Source: Clostridia bacterium
GTDB lineage: Bacteria > Bacillota > Clostridia > CAKSNL01 > HGM11501
NCBI GenBank assembly: GCA_045545475.1
Contig: JAZQAZ010000010.1
Coordinates: 96,001-160,000, forward strand
Direction of reading: 5' to 3'
DNA length: 64,000 nt
Under the pieces are notes generated by a model that did no database searches, was not told where the DNA came from, and saw only the letters and a list, made by a program, of their open reading frames with translations. Position 1 is the stretch's first letter, and every line of letters starts with the position of its first letter. Positions 28,937 through 39,333 of this stretch are shown piece after piece. Both the position numbers and the translations under genes were made by a program.

Positions 28937-30196
28937 ATGAAAAGAAAAGATATAAATGTCTATATAAGAGACAAAAAAGGTTATTACTATGCTGTTATAG
29001 TTTATAAAAATGCACAAGGCAAGCGAAAAGAAAAGTGGTTTCCGACTAAATTGCAGATTCGCGGTAACAAGAAAAAAGCAGAAGCGATTGCAGATCAGAT
29101 CCTTGAAGAATTTGAAATTCCTGCCGAGGATTTGTGTTTGAAAGAGAAGAGTACAAAGCTTGGCAAGAATTGTATTGCAAATGCTACGCTTGACGATTTG
29201 ACACAATCTCAGGTTGCAAATTTGTTGTTCTCGGATTACATCATAAAGTATTTGCCGCTGACGAGAAAAAGGCGAAGAAAGATTGAAGACACTACATATT
29301 CAGGCTATGAGGCAAACGTAAAAAGCGTTGTCGCTCCTTATTTTGCAAAGAAAAAGATTAAGCTTAAGGATCTGACGGCAAAAGACATTCAGGACTTTTA
29401 CGACAAGCAACTTGAACGTGTAAAACCAAACTCGGTTATTCGATACCACGCAATCATAAGACTTTCTCTGTGCCACGCAAGAAAGATGCGATACATCAAG
29501 GAAAATCCCATTGAAGAGGTGGAAAAGCCCGAGAAGAATCAGTTTATCGGCAAATTCTATACGGCTGAAGAACTTACCAAACTTATAGAGTTAGCCAAAG
29601 GCACAAAGCTTGAAATTCCCGTTATTATGGGCGGTTTTTACGGACTTCGCAGAAGTGAGGTTGTGGGATTGAGATGGTCGGCAATAGACTTTGAGAACAA
29701 CATATTTTACATCAATCACACGGTAACAACTCCGCAAATTGACGGTGTAACCAAAATTGTTGCAAAGGACAGAGCAAAGACTAAATCAAGTTTGAGAGCC
29801 TTACCACTTGGCAAAGATGTTAAAGAAATACTTCTTTGCAAAAAGCAACAGCAGGAAGAGTACCGCAAGAAGTTCAAAAGCTCTTATAACAAGAAATGGC
29901 TTGATTATGTGATGGTTGATGAATTAGGTGATTTAATTACACCCGATTACATTACCGGAGCATTCAAAAGCTTTTTGGCAAAACATGAGCTTCGTGAGAT
30001 ACGCTTCCACGATCTTCGTCACACCTGTGCTTCGTTGCTTCTTAACAAAGGCAAGCACGAGGGAATAACGCTTAAAGACATTCAGGTATGGCTTGGACAC
30101 AGCGACTTTTCGACTACTGCGAATACATATTCACATCTTGATGCAACGTCAAAAGGATTTTCGCTAAGTGCGTTAGAGAAGGCTATAACATTCTAA
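28937..30196 (+). CDS. int: Tyrosine site-specific integrase (ICE/phage type) with N-terminal arm-binding domain
   Basis: GLRRSE, KTKSS, FHDLRHT, LGHS, ANTY; lies at element end. Confidence 0.92.
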   Translation: MKRKDINVYIRDKKGYYYAVIVYKNAQGKRKEKWFPTKLQIRGNKKKAEAIADQILEEFEIPAEDLCLKEKSTKLGKNCIANATLDDLTQSQVANLLFSDYIIKYLPLTRKRRRKIEDTTYSGYEANVKSVVAPYFAKKKIKLKDLTAKDIQDFYDKQLERVKPNSVIRYHAIIRLSLCHARKMRYIKENPIEEVEKPEKNQFIGKFYTAEELTKLIELAKGTKLEIPVIMGGFYGLRRSEVVGLRWSAIDFENNIFYINHTVTTPQIDGVTKIVAKDRAKTKSSLRALPLGKDVKEILLCKKQQQEEYRKKFKSSYNKKWLDYVMVDELGDLITPDYITGAFKSFLAKHELREIRFHDLRHTCASLLLNKGKHEGITLKDIQVWLGHSDFSTTANTYSHLDATSKGFSLSALEKAITF

Positions 30197-30296
30197 AATG
30201 AAAAAAGTAACCTATACTTTTTCACTATTCACTATTACTTATTACTTCCGCCAAAATCGACAGTAAGAGAGTAGTGAAAAGTGAAGAGGTAAAAAG

Positions 30297-30335
30297 TAAA
30301 ATCGACAGGGCTCTCTGTCGAACCCTGTCGATTTT
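30297..30335 (-). terminator. Terminator of the element-borne tRNA
   Basis: AAAATCGACAGGG...CCCTGTCGATTTT. Confidence 0.7.
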
Positions 30336-30426
30336 GGCGGAGAAGGTGGGATTCGAACCCACGTGCCGGAATTACCGACAAACTGATTTCGAGTCAGCCC
30401 CGTTATGACCGCTTCGATACTTCTCC
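30335..30426 (-). tRNA. tRNA-Ser(CGA), intact, inside the element
   Basis: GGAGAAG/CTTCTCC acceptor, G73, encoded CCA, GCTGA-CTCGAAA-TCAGT anticodon arm, long variable arm, GTTCGAATC T loop. Confidence 0.95.
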
Positions 30427-30459
30427 ATATATGTTTAACAGTTATCCAAAAAAGCAAAT

Positions 30460-30483
30460 CTTTGGGAACTTTCTTTGGGAACT
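30460..30483 (+). repeat. Tandem TTTGGGAACT, putative integrase arm-type sites (right)
   Basis: CTTTGGGAACTTTCTTTGGGAACT. Confidence 0.6.
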
Positions 30484-30576
30484 GCTAAAATCTTAAATAT
30501 TCAGTTTTTCAAAAAATCAAGCTATACAGCGGATTTAGGGCACTTTTTGAAGAGGATATTTCCGAAAAGCTTACCT

Positions 30577-30720
30577 CATTTCGAGTGTGCTCCGTTATGT
30601 CCTTTTGCGGTGCCCGGGAAAATTTCACACCTTGTGTTTATTTTTCCGACCGCGGCAGCTCCTTATTGCTCGCTGAATCTGCCACAGGCAGTGCTCGCAA
30701 ACGTCACCACTTCGATACGT
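30577..30720 (-). pseudogene. 5' half of host tRNA-Ser(CGA), interrupted by a 106-bp insert in the D-loop
   Basis: Minus strand ACGTATCGAAGTGGT-[30705..30600]-CATAACGGAGCACACTCGAAATG; the first acceptor bases GGAG are missing. Confidence 0.75.
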
Positions 30721-30755
30721 ATATAATATTGACTGCTTTTTTGCAACTGTTATTT

Positions 30756-30784
30756 ATAATACCACAGAAACCTTTTTGTGTCAA
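30756..30784 (-). promoter_or_regulatory. Host tRNA promoter
   Basis: TTGACA-17-(TG)TATTAT on the minus strand upstream of the tRNA 5' half. Confidence 0.65.
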
Positions 30785-30885
30785 TAAAAATCTGGCTTAC
30801 AATTTAAAAATCCTATTGAAAAAGAAATACTTTTGTGGTAATATAAAAACATTGACAAAAAATAAAATCGAGGAAGTGAACTATC

Positions 30886-32280
30886 TTGGCAAAAGGAAAA
30901 TTCCAGATAGATATGAGCAAGGGATCAATATTTAAAAATATTGTGTTTTTCGCATTTCCATTGATGCTTACAAGCCTTCTTCAGCTTTTCTACAACGCAG
31001 CTGACCTTGTAATTGTAAGCCGTTTCGCCGGCTCTAACGCTATGGCATCTGTCGGAGCTACAAGTTCTGTTACCAATCTTTTAATCAATCTATTTATCGG
31101 TCTTTCTATGGGAGCCGGGGTAATTGTTTCCAGAAAATTCGGAGCGCAGGATAAAGAAGGAATCAAACGCTCAGTTCATACTGCCATGCTTCTTGGTATA
31201 ACTGTCGGAATTCTGGCAGGCATTCTCGGAATATTTATTTCGGAGCCTATATTAAAGCTTATGGGAATTCCGGAAGGCGAAGTTATGGACGGTGCGGTTC
31301 TATATATGAAAATACTCTTTATCGGTGTTCCGGCATCTCTTGCTTACAATTTTGGAGCATCAATATTGAGAGCGGTGGGGGATACACGCCGTCCCTTATA
31401 CATACTGGCAAGTGCCGGAATTATCAATGTAATATTAAATCTTGTGCTTGTTATTTTTTTTCATCTTGACGTTGCCGGCGTTGCAATCGCAACGGCAGTA
31501 TCAAACTATGTATCAGTTATTGCTGTCTTCTATATTTTGACTCATACCAAAGATGATATAAAAATAGAAATCAAAAAGCTTAAATTCCATAAGCATGAGC
31601 TTAAAGAAATTCTCAGGATTGGCCTTCCTGCCGGAGTGCAGTCTTCATTTTTCAGCCTTTCAAACACCGTTATACAGTCATCTGTAAACAGCTTTGGTGA
31701 AGCGGCAATTGCAGGAAATGCTGCAGGCGGAAATATCGAAGGCTTTGTGTATGTGGCCATGAATGCCTTTTATCAGGCAACGCTTACAGGCGTAAGCCAG
31801 AATTACGGAGCCCAGGAAGAAAAGCGTATCAATAAAACCATATGGGTTGCACTTTTATGTGTTATAGTGGTCGGAGCAAGTCTTGGTGCACTTACTGTGG
31901 TATTTTCAGAGCAGCTTTTAGGTATTTACATAACAGATTCGGCTGAAGCCTTGAACTTTGGTGTAAAGCGAATGTATTTAACCTGTCTGCCTTATTTCCT
32001 TTGCGGTATTATGGAGGTTCTGACAGGGGCTTTAAGAGGACTGGGATGCTCAACGACAACAGCTGTTACTTCCTTTATCGGAACCTGCGGATTCCGTATA
32101 TTCTGGGCGAAATTTGCGGTTGAATATATAGCTGCAAGGGTGCATTTTATAGACAGCTCTATTGATATACTCTACCTTTGCTGGCCCATATCCTGGCTTT
32201 TGGTTAGCTTGATGCATTTGGTTACGCTCATTATAATAAAACCTCGTGCAATACGCCGTATGAACGGAGAGTTTATATAA
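30886..32280 (+). CDS. MATE family efflux transporter
   Basis: LLQLFYNAAD, LRAVGDTRRP, NIVLN-like motif, GVAGVAIAT-like motif; TTG start. Confidence 0.9.
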   Translation: MAKGKFQIDMSKGSIFKNIVFFAFPLMLTSLLQLFYNAADLVIVSRFAGSNAMASVGATSSVTNLLINLFIGLSMGAGVIVSRKFGAQDKEGIKRSVHTAMLLGITVGILAGILGIFISEPILKLMGIPEGEVMDGAVLYMKILFIGVPASLAYNFGASILRAVGDTRRPLYILASAGIINVILNLVLVIFFHLDVAGVAIATAVSNYVSVIAVFYILTHTKDDIKIEIKKLKFHKHELKEILRIGLPAGVQSSFFSLSNTVIQSSVNSFGEAAIAGNAAGGNIEGFVYVAMNAFYQATLTGVSQNYGAQEEKRINKTIWVALLCVIVVGASLGALTVVFSEQLLGIYITDSAEALNFGVKRMYLTCLPYFLCGIMEVLTGALRGLGCSTTTAVTSFIGTCGFRIFWAKFAVEYIAARVHFIDSSIDILYLCWPISWLLVSLMHLVTLIIIKPRAIRRMNGEFI

Positions 32281-32302
32281 AAAAGGAGCCTCATGCTCCT
32301 TT

Positions 32303-33133
32303 TTATTTTGCTTTTCTGTACATATTGGGAGTTTTCCCGAAATGGTTACGGAATACTTTTGAAAAATAGTTATAGTCATTATATCCCACAAGTCTTGCAA
32401 TTTCACTTATGGGGAAATCCGTTGAACGCAAAAGCCTTTTTGCTGCAGAAAGCTTCCGCTCGGTTATATAAGCAGAAAGCCCCTTTTTAGTTTCTTCGGA
32501 AAATTTCTGGTATAAACTGCTACGGCTCATATTTAAGTGGCGACACAGATTTTCTGTGGTTGCATCGGATAAATTGGAATCTATATAGCGATTAACCTTT
32601 TCTGTTAAAAGCTCACCTTTGGGACTTATCATTTCTTTTAATATGATGTAGCTTATGCAGCTTTCCATGATTTTTGCGGCAGCGATGATAGTGTCACTTT
32701 CTTTATATTGTACCGATTTAATATACTTTTTGATTTTTTCGCTATCCATATCATAAGAAGCACAAAGGTCGGTTACTGTTTTTAAGAGATTTGTCTTATC
32801 GGCAGAATCGGTAATCTGCCCGAACATCATATAACCTATAATGATTCCACTTTCCTTTATAGGTGCAACAGCCTCGGTGAGTCCTGCGTGGCATTTATAT
32901 ATAATAAGTCCGTCCTTTTTACGGCATTCTGTAAAGGAGCGTCTGTCGCTTTCCTCGCACTTTTCATTGGCTTTCGGAAAGCTTCTTACATATTCGCAGA
33001 ATTTGCAGTAAACATTGGGATATGCAAAAAGGCGGTTACAGTCGGAATCAAAGATGTTAAGCCTTAATCCCGTGAGGGAATGGAAGGACTGCATTATTTC
33101 TTTAAGACGGTCTAAATCATAATTGAAAGCCAT
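32303..33133 (-). CDS. PocR-sensor AraC family regulator
   Basis: YCKFC...KCEESD...YKCHAGLTE sensor; GYNDYNYFSKVFRNHFGKTP HTH. Confidence 0.9.
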   Translation of the reverse strand: MAFNYDLDRLKEIMQSFHSLTGLRLNIFDSDCNRLFAYPNVYCKFCEYVRSFPKANEKCEESDRRSFTECRKKDGLIIYKCHAGLTEAVAPIKESGIIIGYMMFGQITDSADKTNLLKTVTDLCASYDMDSEKIKKYIKSVQYKESDTIIAAAKIMESCISYIILKEMISPKGELLTEKVNRYIDSNLSDATTENLCRHLNMSRSSLYQKFSEETKKGLSAYITERKLSAAKRLLRSTDFPISEIARLVGYNDYNYFSKVFRNHFGKTPNMYRKAK

Positions 33134-33237
33134 ATGACACCTCGGACAAATTTACTTATTTTTGGACATATTTTACTATCATTATAACACAATCGGTGAT
33201 AAAATCAAGATATAAATAATTGAAAGGATGATTTTTT

Positions 33238-34638
33238 ATGAAAAAGAAAGAAATGTGTTTTGCCCTTTATTTCGGTAACAGAGGATTTTTCCCCGAAACA
33301 CTCATTGCATCTGCAAGAAGCGAGATGATTGAGGCTGTTACAAAGGCAGGTTATAAGTATATAATTGCACCTGAAGATATGACACGCTACGGTGCTGTTG
33401 AAACTAAGGATGAAGGTATTAAATATGCCGCTTGGCTTAAGAGTCACGAAGGCGAATATGACGGCGTTATTATGTCGCTTCCCAACTTCAGCGATGAAAA
33501 CGGTGCAATTGCGGCATTAAAGGATGCCGGAAAGCCAATCTTAATTCAGGCATATCCCGACGAAATCGGAAAGATGGACTTTGAACACAGAAGAGACTCC
33601 TACTGCGGAAAGTTTTCCATCTGCGATGTATTCCATCAGTACAGAGTTCCCTTCACGGTGCTTGAGCCCCACGTTGTTCACCCCTTAACAGAGGATTTTG
33701 CAAAGAACCTTTATGACTTTGCGGCAATCTGCCGTGTGGCTAACGGAATGAAGGAATTTACAATAGGTATCATCGGTGCAAGAACAACTAAGTTCAAGAC
33801 CGTAAGATACGATGAAATCACACTTCAGAAATACGGCATCACCTGCGATACATATGACCTTTCCGAGCTTTTCTACAGAGTTGAAAAGATGGAAAGAGAC
33901 GAAAGAGTTATCACAAAAGAAAAGGTACTTTGCGACTATACCGACTTTTCAAGAGTTCCTGCCGACAAGCTTACAACCCTTGCAAAGGTATCTCTTGCGA
34001 TTGACGATATGATGGCAGACTATCACTTGGATGCAATTACACTCCGTTGTTGGGAAGAAATGCAGACAGTACTTGGCGTTGCTCCCTGCGTACTCTTAAG
34101 TGAGCTTAACGACAGAGGAATTGTTGCATCCTGCGAAATCGACCTTTGCTCTGCAATTAATATGTACTCTATGCAGCTTGCATCAGAGGAAAGCACAGCC
34201 TGCGTTGACTGGAACAACAATTATGGCGACGATAAGAATAAGGTTATTTTATTCCATTGCGGTCCCATTGCTCAGAGCCTTATGGAAGGTAAGGGTGTAG
34301 TAACGGACCACAAGATGTTTGCAAAAACCAATCCCGGATGCGGATGGGGAAGCAACGAAGGCAGAATTGCGGCCTTTGAAATGACCTACTCCAACTGTAA
34401 GACAGAAGATGGAAAGCTTACTTTCTATGCCGATGAAGGAAGATTTACGGGCGAGCCCATTGAAGCTGAATTTTTCGGATGCGGTGGTGTAGCAGAAATC
34501 CGCGACCTTCAGAGAAAGCTTATAAAGCTTGCAAAGGAAGGCTACCGTCACCATACCGCAGTAGGTAAGGGCAAGATGGCTTCTGTGCTTAAGGAAGCAT
34601 TTACAACATATTTAGGCTACGATGTAATTGAACTTTAA
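33238..34638 (+). CDS. L-fucose/L-arabinose isomerase family protein
   Basis: NFSDE, RDSYCGK, RCW, CEID, FHCG, HH motifs. Confidence 0.8.
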   Translation: MKKKEMCFALYFGNRGFFPETLIASARSEMIEAVTKAGYKYIIAPEDMTRYGAVETKDEGIKYAAWLKSHEGEYDGVIMSLPNFSDENGAIAALKDAGKPILIQAYPDEIGKMDFEHRRDSYCGKFSICDVFHQYRVPFTVLEPHVVHPLTEDFAKNLYDFAAICRVANGMKEFTIGIIGARTTKFKTVRYDEITLQKYGITCDTYDLSELFYRVEKMERDERVITKEKVLCDYTDFSRVPADKLTTLAKVSLAIDDMMADYHLDAITLRCWEEMQTVLGVAPCVLLSELNDRGIVASCEIDLCSAINMYSMQLASEESTACVDWNNNYGDDKNKVILFHCGPIAQSLMEGKGVVTDHKMFAKTNPGCGWGSNEGRIAAFEMTYSNCKTEDGKLTFYADEGRFTGEPIEAEFFGCGGVAEIRDLQRKLIKLAKEGYRHHTAVGKGKMASVLKEAFTTYLGYDVIEL

Positions 34639-34646
34639 TCCCGGAG

Positions 34647-36140
34647 GTGGCAAAGTTGTACGTTGGCGGACTTGATTTGGGAACAACTGGCTGTAAAATT
34701 GTAATTTACGACGATAAGGGTAATTACATAGATAAGTTTTACAGAGAATATAACGTATCAAGACATGGCGGAATGCACGAGCTTGATATGGGAAACATAT
34801 GGGAATCCGTGGTTGAAATATTAAAAGAGGCATCAAAGTATACACCGCTTGCATCCATCGGTGTCACAAGCTTTGGCGAAACCTTTGCAATGCTTGACGA
34901 AAACGATGAAATTATAGCACCCTCCATGCTGTACACAGATCCCAGAGGAAGCGAAGAATGTGAGGAACTTATAAAGGCACTGGGAAAGGATAAAATTTCT
35001 GTTAAGGTTGGCTGTATGCCTCATCCCATGTACTCGCTTCCAAAGCTTATGTGGCTTAAAAAGCATATGAGCGATGTATATAAAAAGGCAAAAAGAGTTC
35101 TTCTTGCAGAAGACTTTATCGTTTATAAGCTTACCGGCGTTGCACAGATTGACTATTCTCTTGCGGCAAGGACAATGGCTCTTGACATAAGAGAAAAATG
35201 CTGGTGGAACGAGATATTTGAAGCAGCGGGAGTGGATTCTTCCCTTCTTTCAAAGCCGGTTCCGTCAGGAACCGTTGCCGGTGGCATAAAGAAAGATGTC
35301 GCTCTTTTAACAGGACTTTCGGAAGAGACCAAGGTTGTAAGTTGCTGTCAGGATCAGATTGCATCTGCAATCGGTGCAGGTGCTTTTACATCAGATGTGG
35401 CTGTTGACGGAATAGGAACGGTTGAGTGTGTCACCATTATTATGGATGAAGCACCCGCTGACGCTGAATTTTATGCAGCAGGCTACTCTGTTGTTCCTCA
35501 TATCGGCGATAAATATGCCTGCTACGTTTTATCTTATGCAGGCGGTGCAACCTTAAAGTGGTTCCGGGACACCTTTGCGGAAAAGGAAAAGGAAGATGCG
35601 GAGAAAAAGGGAGAAAACGTATATAAAAATCTTGACGATGCAATGCCTGCTGAGCCGACGGAAATTCTTGTGATGCCTTATTTTGCAGGTGCGGCAACGC
35701 CCTATATGGATACAGAGGCGAAGGCAAGCTTTATAGGGCTTACTTTCGAACATACAAAGCTTGATATTTACAGAGCTTTAATGGAAGGAACATCCTATGA
35801 AATCGCTCTTAATATGGACGTCATAAGAAAGTTTTTAACAACGCCAAAACACCTTCGTGCAACCGGCGGTGGCGGAGCATCAGACCCCTGGCTTCAGATT
35901 AAATCCGACATCTTAGGAGTGGGTATAACGGCTCTTTCGGCCTCGGAGGTTGGCGGTGCGGGAAGTGCAGCACTTGGAGGATTTGCAACCGGCGTATTTT
36001 CCGACCTTAAGGAAGCCGTAAGTCTGATGGTTCCTGAGCGAAAGAGTTTCACACCCGGAAGCGAATTTAAGGCGACATACGAAAAGTGCTTCAATAAATA
36101 TAAAAATTTATATAAGGCTGTAAAAAGCCTGGGAGAATAA
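34647..36140 (+). CDS. FGGY-family carbohydrate kinase (xylulokinase-like)
   Basis: GLDLGTTGCK, DPR, DYSLAART, QDQ, TGGG; GTG start. Confidence 0.9.
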   Translation: MAKLYVGGLDLGTTGCKIVIYDDKGNYIDKFYREYNVSRHGGMHELDMGNIWESVVEILKEASKYTPLASIGVTSFGETFAMLDENDEIIAPSMLYTDPRGSEECEELIKALGKDKISVKVGCMPHPMYSLPKLMWLKKHMSDVYKKAKRVLLAEDFIVYKLTGVAQIDYSLAARTMALDIREKCWWNEIFEAAGVDSSLLSKPVPSGTVAGGIKKDVALLTGLSEETKVVSCCQDQIASAIGAGAFTSDVAVDGIGTVECVTIIMDEAPADAEFYAAGYSVVPHIGDKYACYVLSYAGGATLKWFRDTFAEKEKEDAEKKGENVYKNLDDAMPAEPTEILVMPYFAGAATPYMDTEAKASFIGLTFEHTKLDIYRALMEGTSYEIALNMDVIRKFLTTPKHLRATGGGGASDPWLQIKSDILGVGITALSASEVGGAGSAALGGFATGVFSDLKEAVSLMVPERKSFTPGSEFKATYEKCFNKYKNLYKAVKSLGE

Positions 36141-36141
36141 T

Positions 36142-37131
36142 ATGAATAAGTATTTAGGACATGCGTCGCAAATAAGGGGCGCAGAAGAACATATATTAAA
36201 AGGCGGTAAGGGCGACGGAATGCGTCTCCTTAATGTAAGAAACGGAAAAGGCCTTGATATAACTGTCTCGCTTGATCGTGCGGCAGATATTTCACGTCTT
36301 TCTTACAAAGGCGTCAACATGGGGTATTTTGCACCCTGCGGATATGTGGCACCTTCCTACTATAACGGGGACTTCTTAAAGTCATTTACAGCGGGCTTTT
36401 TCACCACCTGCGGTCTTACAACCGTCGGAACGCCCACACACGATAACGGAGAGGATTTGCCCCTTCACGGAACGATTTCAAACATTCCCGCAGAAAAGGT
36501 AAGTTATAAGGAAACGGGTGACGGTCTTGAGCTTTACGCCGAAGTTCCAGAAGCATCTCTTTTCGGCAGAAAGATGACCTTAAAGCGTACATATTTTATT
36601 TCCTATGAGAAAAACGAAATTACATTATCTGATGAAATTGTAAACGAAGGGGGAGCGGAAGAGCCGGTAATGGTTTTATACCATTGCAATATGGGTTATC
36701 CCTTGCTTTCAGAAAACTCCGAGGTTGTAATTCCAAGTAGTAAAATCCTTCCGAGAAACGAAGATGCGGCAAAGGGGATTTCCGATTCTCTTAAAATGGA
36801 AAAGCCTCAGAAAGGTTACGTTGAGCAGTGCTTTTACTATGATGTAAAAGAAAAGGACGGCTTTGCAAATGCGGGAATTTATTCGCCTGATGAAAATGTA
36901 GGCGTTGTACTTTCCTTTGATAAAAAAGGCCTTGATTATTTTACAGAATGGAAGATGATGGGCGAAACCGAGTATGTATTGGGACTTGAACCCGGAAACT
37001 GCACACCTGACGGAAGAAGTGTTTTAAGAGAAAGAGGCGAGCTTAAATTTTTAGCACCTGGCGAAAGCTATAAAACACTCCTTAAATTTAAGTTCTTTAA
37101 TGACAGAGGCGACTTTTTAAATAATTTCTGA
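36142..37131 (+). CDS. Aldose 1-epimerase family protein (DUF4432-like)
   Basis: TTCGL, PLHG, LYHCNMGYP, LGLEPG. Confidence 0.85.
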   Translation: MNKYLGHASQIRGAEEHILKGGKGDGMRLLNVRNGKGLDITVSLDRAADISRLSYKGVNMGYFAPCGYVAPSYYNGDFLKSFTAGFFTTCGLTTVGTPTHDNGEDLPLHGTISNIPAEKVSYKETGDGLELYAEVPEASLFGRKMTLKRTYFISYEKNEITLSDEIVNEGGAEEPVMVLYHCNMGYPLLSENSEVVIPSSKILPRNEDAAKGISDSLKMEKPQKGYVEQCFYYDVKEKDGFANAGIYSPDENVGVVLSFDKKGLDYFTEWKMMGETEYVLGLEPGNCTPDGRSVLRERGELKFLAPGESYKTLLKFKFFNDRGDFLNNF

Positions 37132-37186
37132 TTATAAGACCCACATAACTTTTGCTATATGGGTCTTATTAAAATAGGAGGCAATT

Positions 37187-39220
37187 ATGGAAATACTTAA
37201 GATAAATATGGGAAACGAAGCTTTAAGCTTTGAAACATTGGATAACGGGCAGCTGGTTTTATTGCCCGTTTTTAAAGGATGCAGTATTCCCAATGAAAAA
37301 AAACACTATTTCCGCACAACGGAAATTCAGATTACTGGAGATAATCCCGATAATCACAGGGGTGCAAAGTGCTTTCTTATGGGGTGCGGAGAAACTCTTA
37401 AATATAAAGAATTAAAAGAGATAAGAAAAGAGGGTGAAACGGAATATATTTTCACTCTTGAAAACGAAAAGATAGAAGTAAAGCTTCATTATGTCATTTT
37501 TGACGGAATAAATGTTTTGAGGGCATACAGCGAAATTAAAAATATATCGGATGATGCAATAGGTATTGAATATGCATCGAGCATCGCACTTACGGGACTT
37601 GACTTAGGCGGAGAAAAAGATGCCTGCGAGAAAATAAAAATCGGGGTATTTAATAACAGCTGGTGCTGCGAAATGGATTATAAAGAGCATTCCTTAAGAG
37701 ACCTGGGATTCATAAAGGGCGGCGTTAACAGGCTTTCTTATGCAGGTACCGGTTCATGGGTTACAAAGGAATATCTTCCTCAGGGATTTTTAGCTAACAT
37801 CGAAGCAAATCGTGCTTTCTTCTGGCAGATAGAATCAAACACTTCCTGGCATCACGAGGTAAGTGAGCATCAGGGATATTACTATTTAAGAGCATCGGGC
37901 CCATCGGAACACGACAACGGCTGGTGGAAGGAGCTTCAAAAGGGCGAAAGCTTTACTACGGTTAAGGCGGCAGTCTCCTTTGGTAAAAACTTTGAAGAAA
38001 CACTTTTTGAGATGACAAAATACAGAAGGAAAATAATAAACCGTCCCGAAAGCGATTTGCATCAGCCTGTAATTTTCAATGACTACTTAAATTGTCTTTG
38101 GGCAAACCCCACGACAGAAAGAGAAATGCCTGTAATTGATGCGGCAGCAAAATTGGGTGCGGAAATTTACTGTATGGATGCAGGCTGGTATGCAGACGGA
38201 GTATGGTGGGATACGGTAGGTGAGTGGCAGGTTGTTGAAAGAAGATTCCCCGGCGGAATTAAAAAACTCTTCTCCTATATAAAGGAAAAGGGTATGATTC
38301 CCGGTATCTGGCTTGAACCTGAAACCATCGGTATAAAAAGCCCGGCACTTTCACGTTTTACCGATGAGGATTTCTTTATACGTCACGGAAAAAGAATCGT
38401 GGAACACGGAAGACATCAGCTCGATTTCAGAAGCGAAAGAGTGCGTGCTCATCTTACTGAGCGTGTTGATTGGCTGGTTAGTGAGCTTGGAATAGGTTAT
38501 TTCAAGTTTGACTATAACATTGATGCAGGCATCGGCACGGAAAACGACGCATCAAGCTTTGGAGACGGACTTATGGCACACGGAAAGGCATATCTTTCAT
38601 GGGTTGATTCCTTAAGAGAAAAACATCCCCATCTCATAATTGAAAACTGTGCGTCCGGCGGAATGAGGATGGAGTATGAATCCCTTTCACATACGGCACT
38701 TCAGTCTCTTACAGATGCAGGTGACTATAAAAGAATCGGCATAATCGCAGCAAACAGTTCCTTGGGTGTCATTCCTGAACAGGCGGCAGTATGGGTAGCA
38801 CCTAAAAAGAGCTATACTAAAAATGAAATAGAAGCCTCCCTTGTAAATGCAATGTTCAAGCGTATTCACTTAAGCGGCGAAACATATTTGTTCGATGAAG
38901 AAGAATCAAAGATTGTTATGGATGCAATTAACTATTATAAGTCAATACGAAGTGAGATTCCTGATCTTTTGCCATTTTTCCCTAAAGGCGTGCCGGGCTA
39001 TGATAAAAATATCCTTTGTGCAGGATATAAGGGCAAGGAAAAGATGTATATAACTCTTGTAAATATTTCGGATAAAGATGAAGAAACAATTGTACCGCTC
39101 CCGAATATAAAAGATGTAAAAATTCCATTCGGAACAGGTGAAATTATAAAAACAGAGGAAAATGCGGTTACGGTTAAAATAAAAGCGGGTTCCGGTTTTA
39201 TTTTAGAATGTAGAAAATGA
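37187..39220 (+). CDS. GH36 alpha-galactosidase
   Basis: FNDY, MDAGW, GIWLEPE, YFKFDYN, ENCASGG. Confidence 0.85.
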   Translation: MEILKINMGNEALSFETLDNGQLVLLPVFKGCSIPNEKKHYFRTTEIQITGDNPDNHRGAKCFLMGCGETLKYKELKEIRKEGETEYIFTLENEKIEVKLHYVIFDGINVLRAYSEIKNISDDAIGIEYASSIALTGLDLGGEKDACEKIKIGVFNNSWCCEMDYKEHSLRDLGFIKGGVNRLSYAGTGSWVTKEYLPQGFLANIEANRAFFWQIESNTSWHHEVSEHQGYYYLRASGPSEHDNGWWKELQKGESFTTVKAAVSFGKNFEETLFEMTKYRRKIINRPESDLHQPVIFNDYLNCLWANPTTEREMPVIDAAAKLGAEIYCMDAGWYADGVWWDTVGEWQVVERRFPGGIKKLFSYIKEKGMIPGIWLEPETIGIKSPALSRFTDEDFFIRHGKRIVEHGRHQLDFRSERVRAHLTERVDWLVSELGIGYFKFDYNIDAGIGTENDASSFGDGLMAHGKAYLSWVDSLREKHPHLIIENCASGGMRMEYESLSHTALQSLTDAGDYKRIGIIAANSSLGVIPEQAAVWVAPKKSYTKNEIEASLVNAMFKRIHLSGETYLFDEEESKIVMDAINYYKSIRSEIPDLLPFFPKGVPGYDKNILCAGYKGKEKMYITLVNISDKDEETIVPLPNIKDVKIPFGTGEIIKTEENAVTVKIKAGSGFILECRK

Positions 39221-39333
39221 CAAAAAATTAAAGAAAAAGTGAAAAACAGGGCAAAATAGTTAAGGAAACATATATATTTGTGTGGTATAATAAAAATAAG
39301 CAGTGAAACTGTGAAGAGAAAGGATGGAAAAAC

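Noticed and set aside
30242-30935. ORFs 30242-30457, 30475-30726 and 30585-30935
   Set aside because: Translations of tRNA, att and promoter sequence
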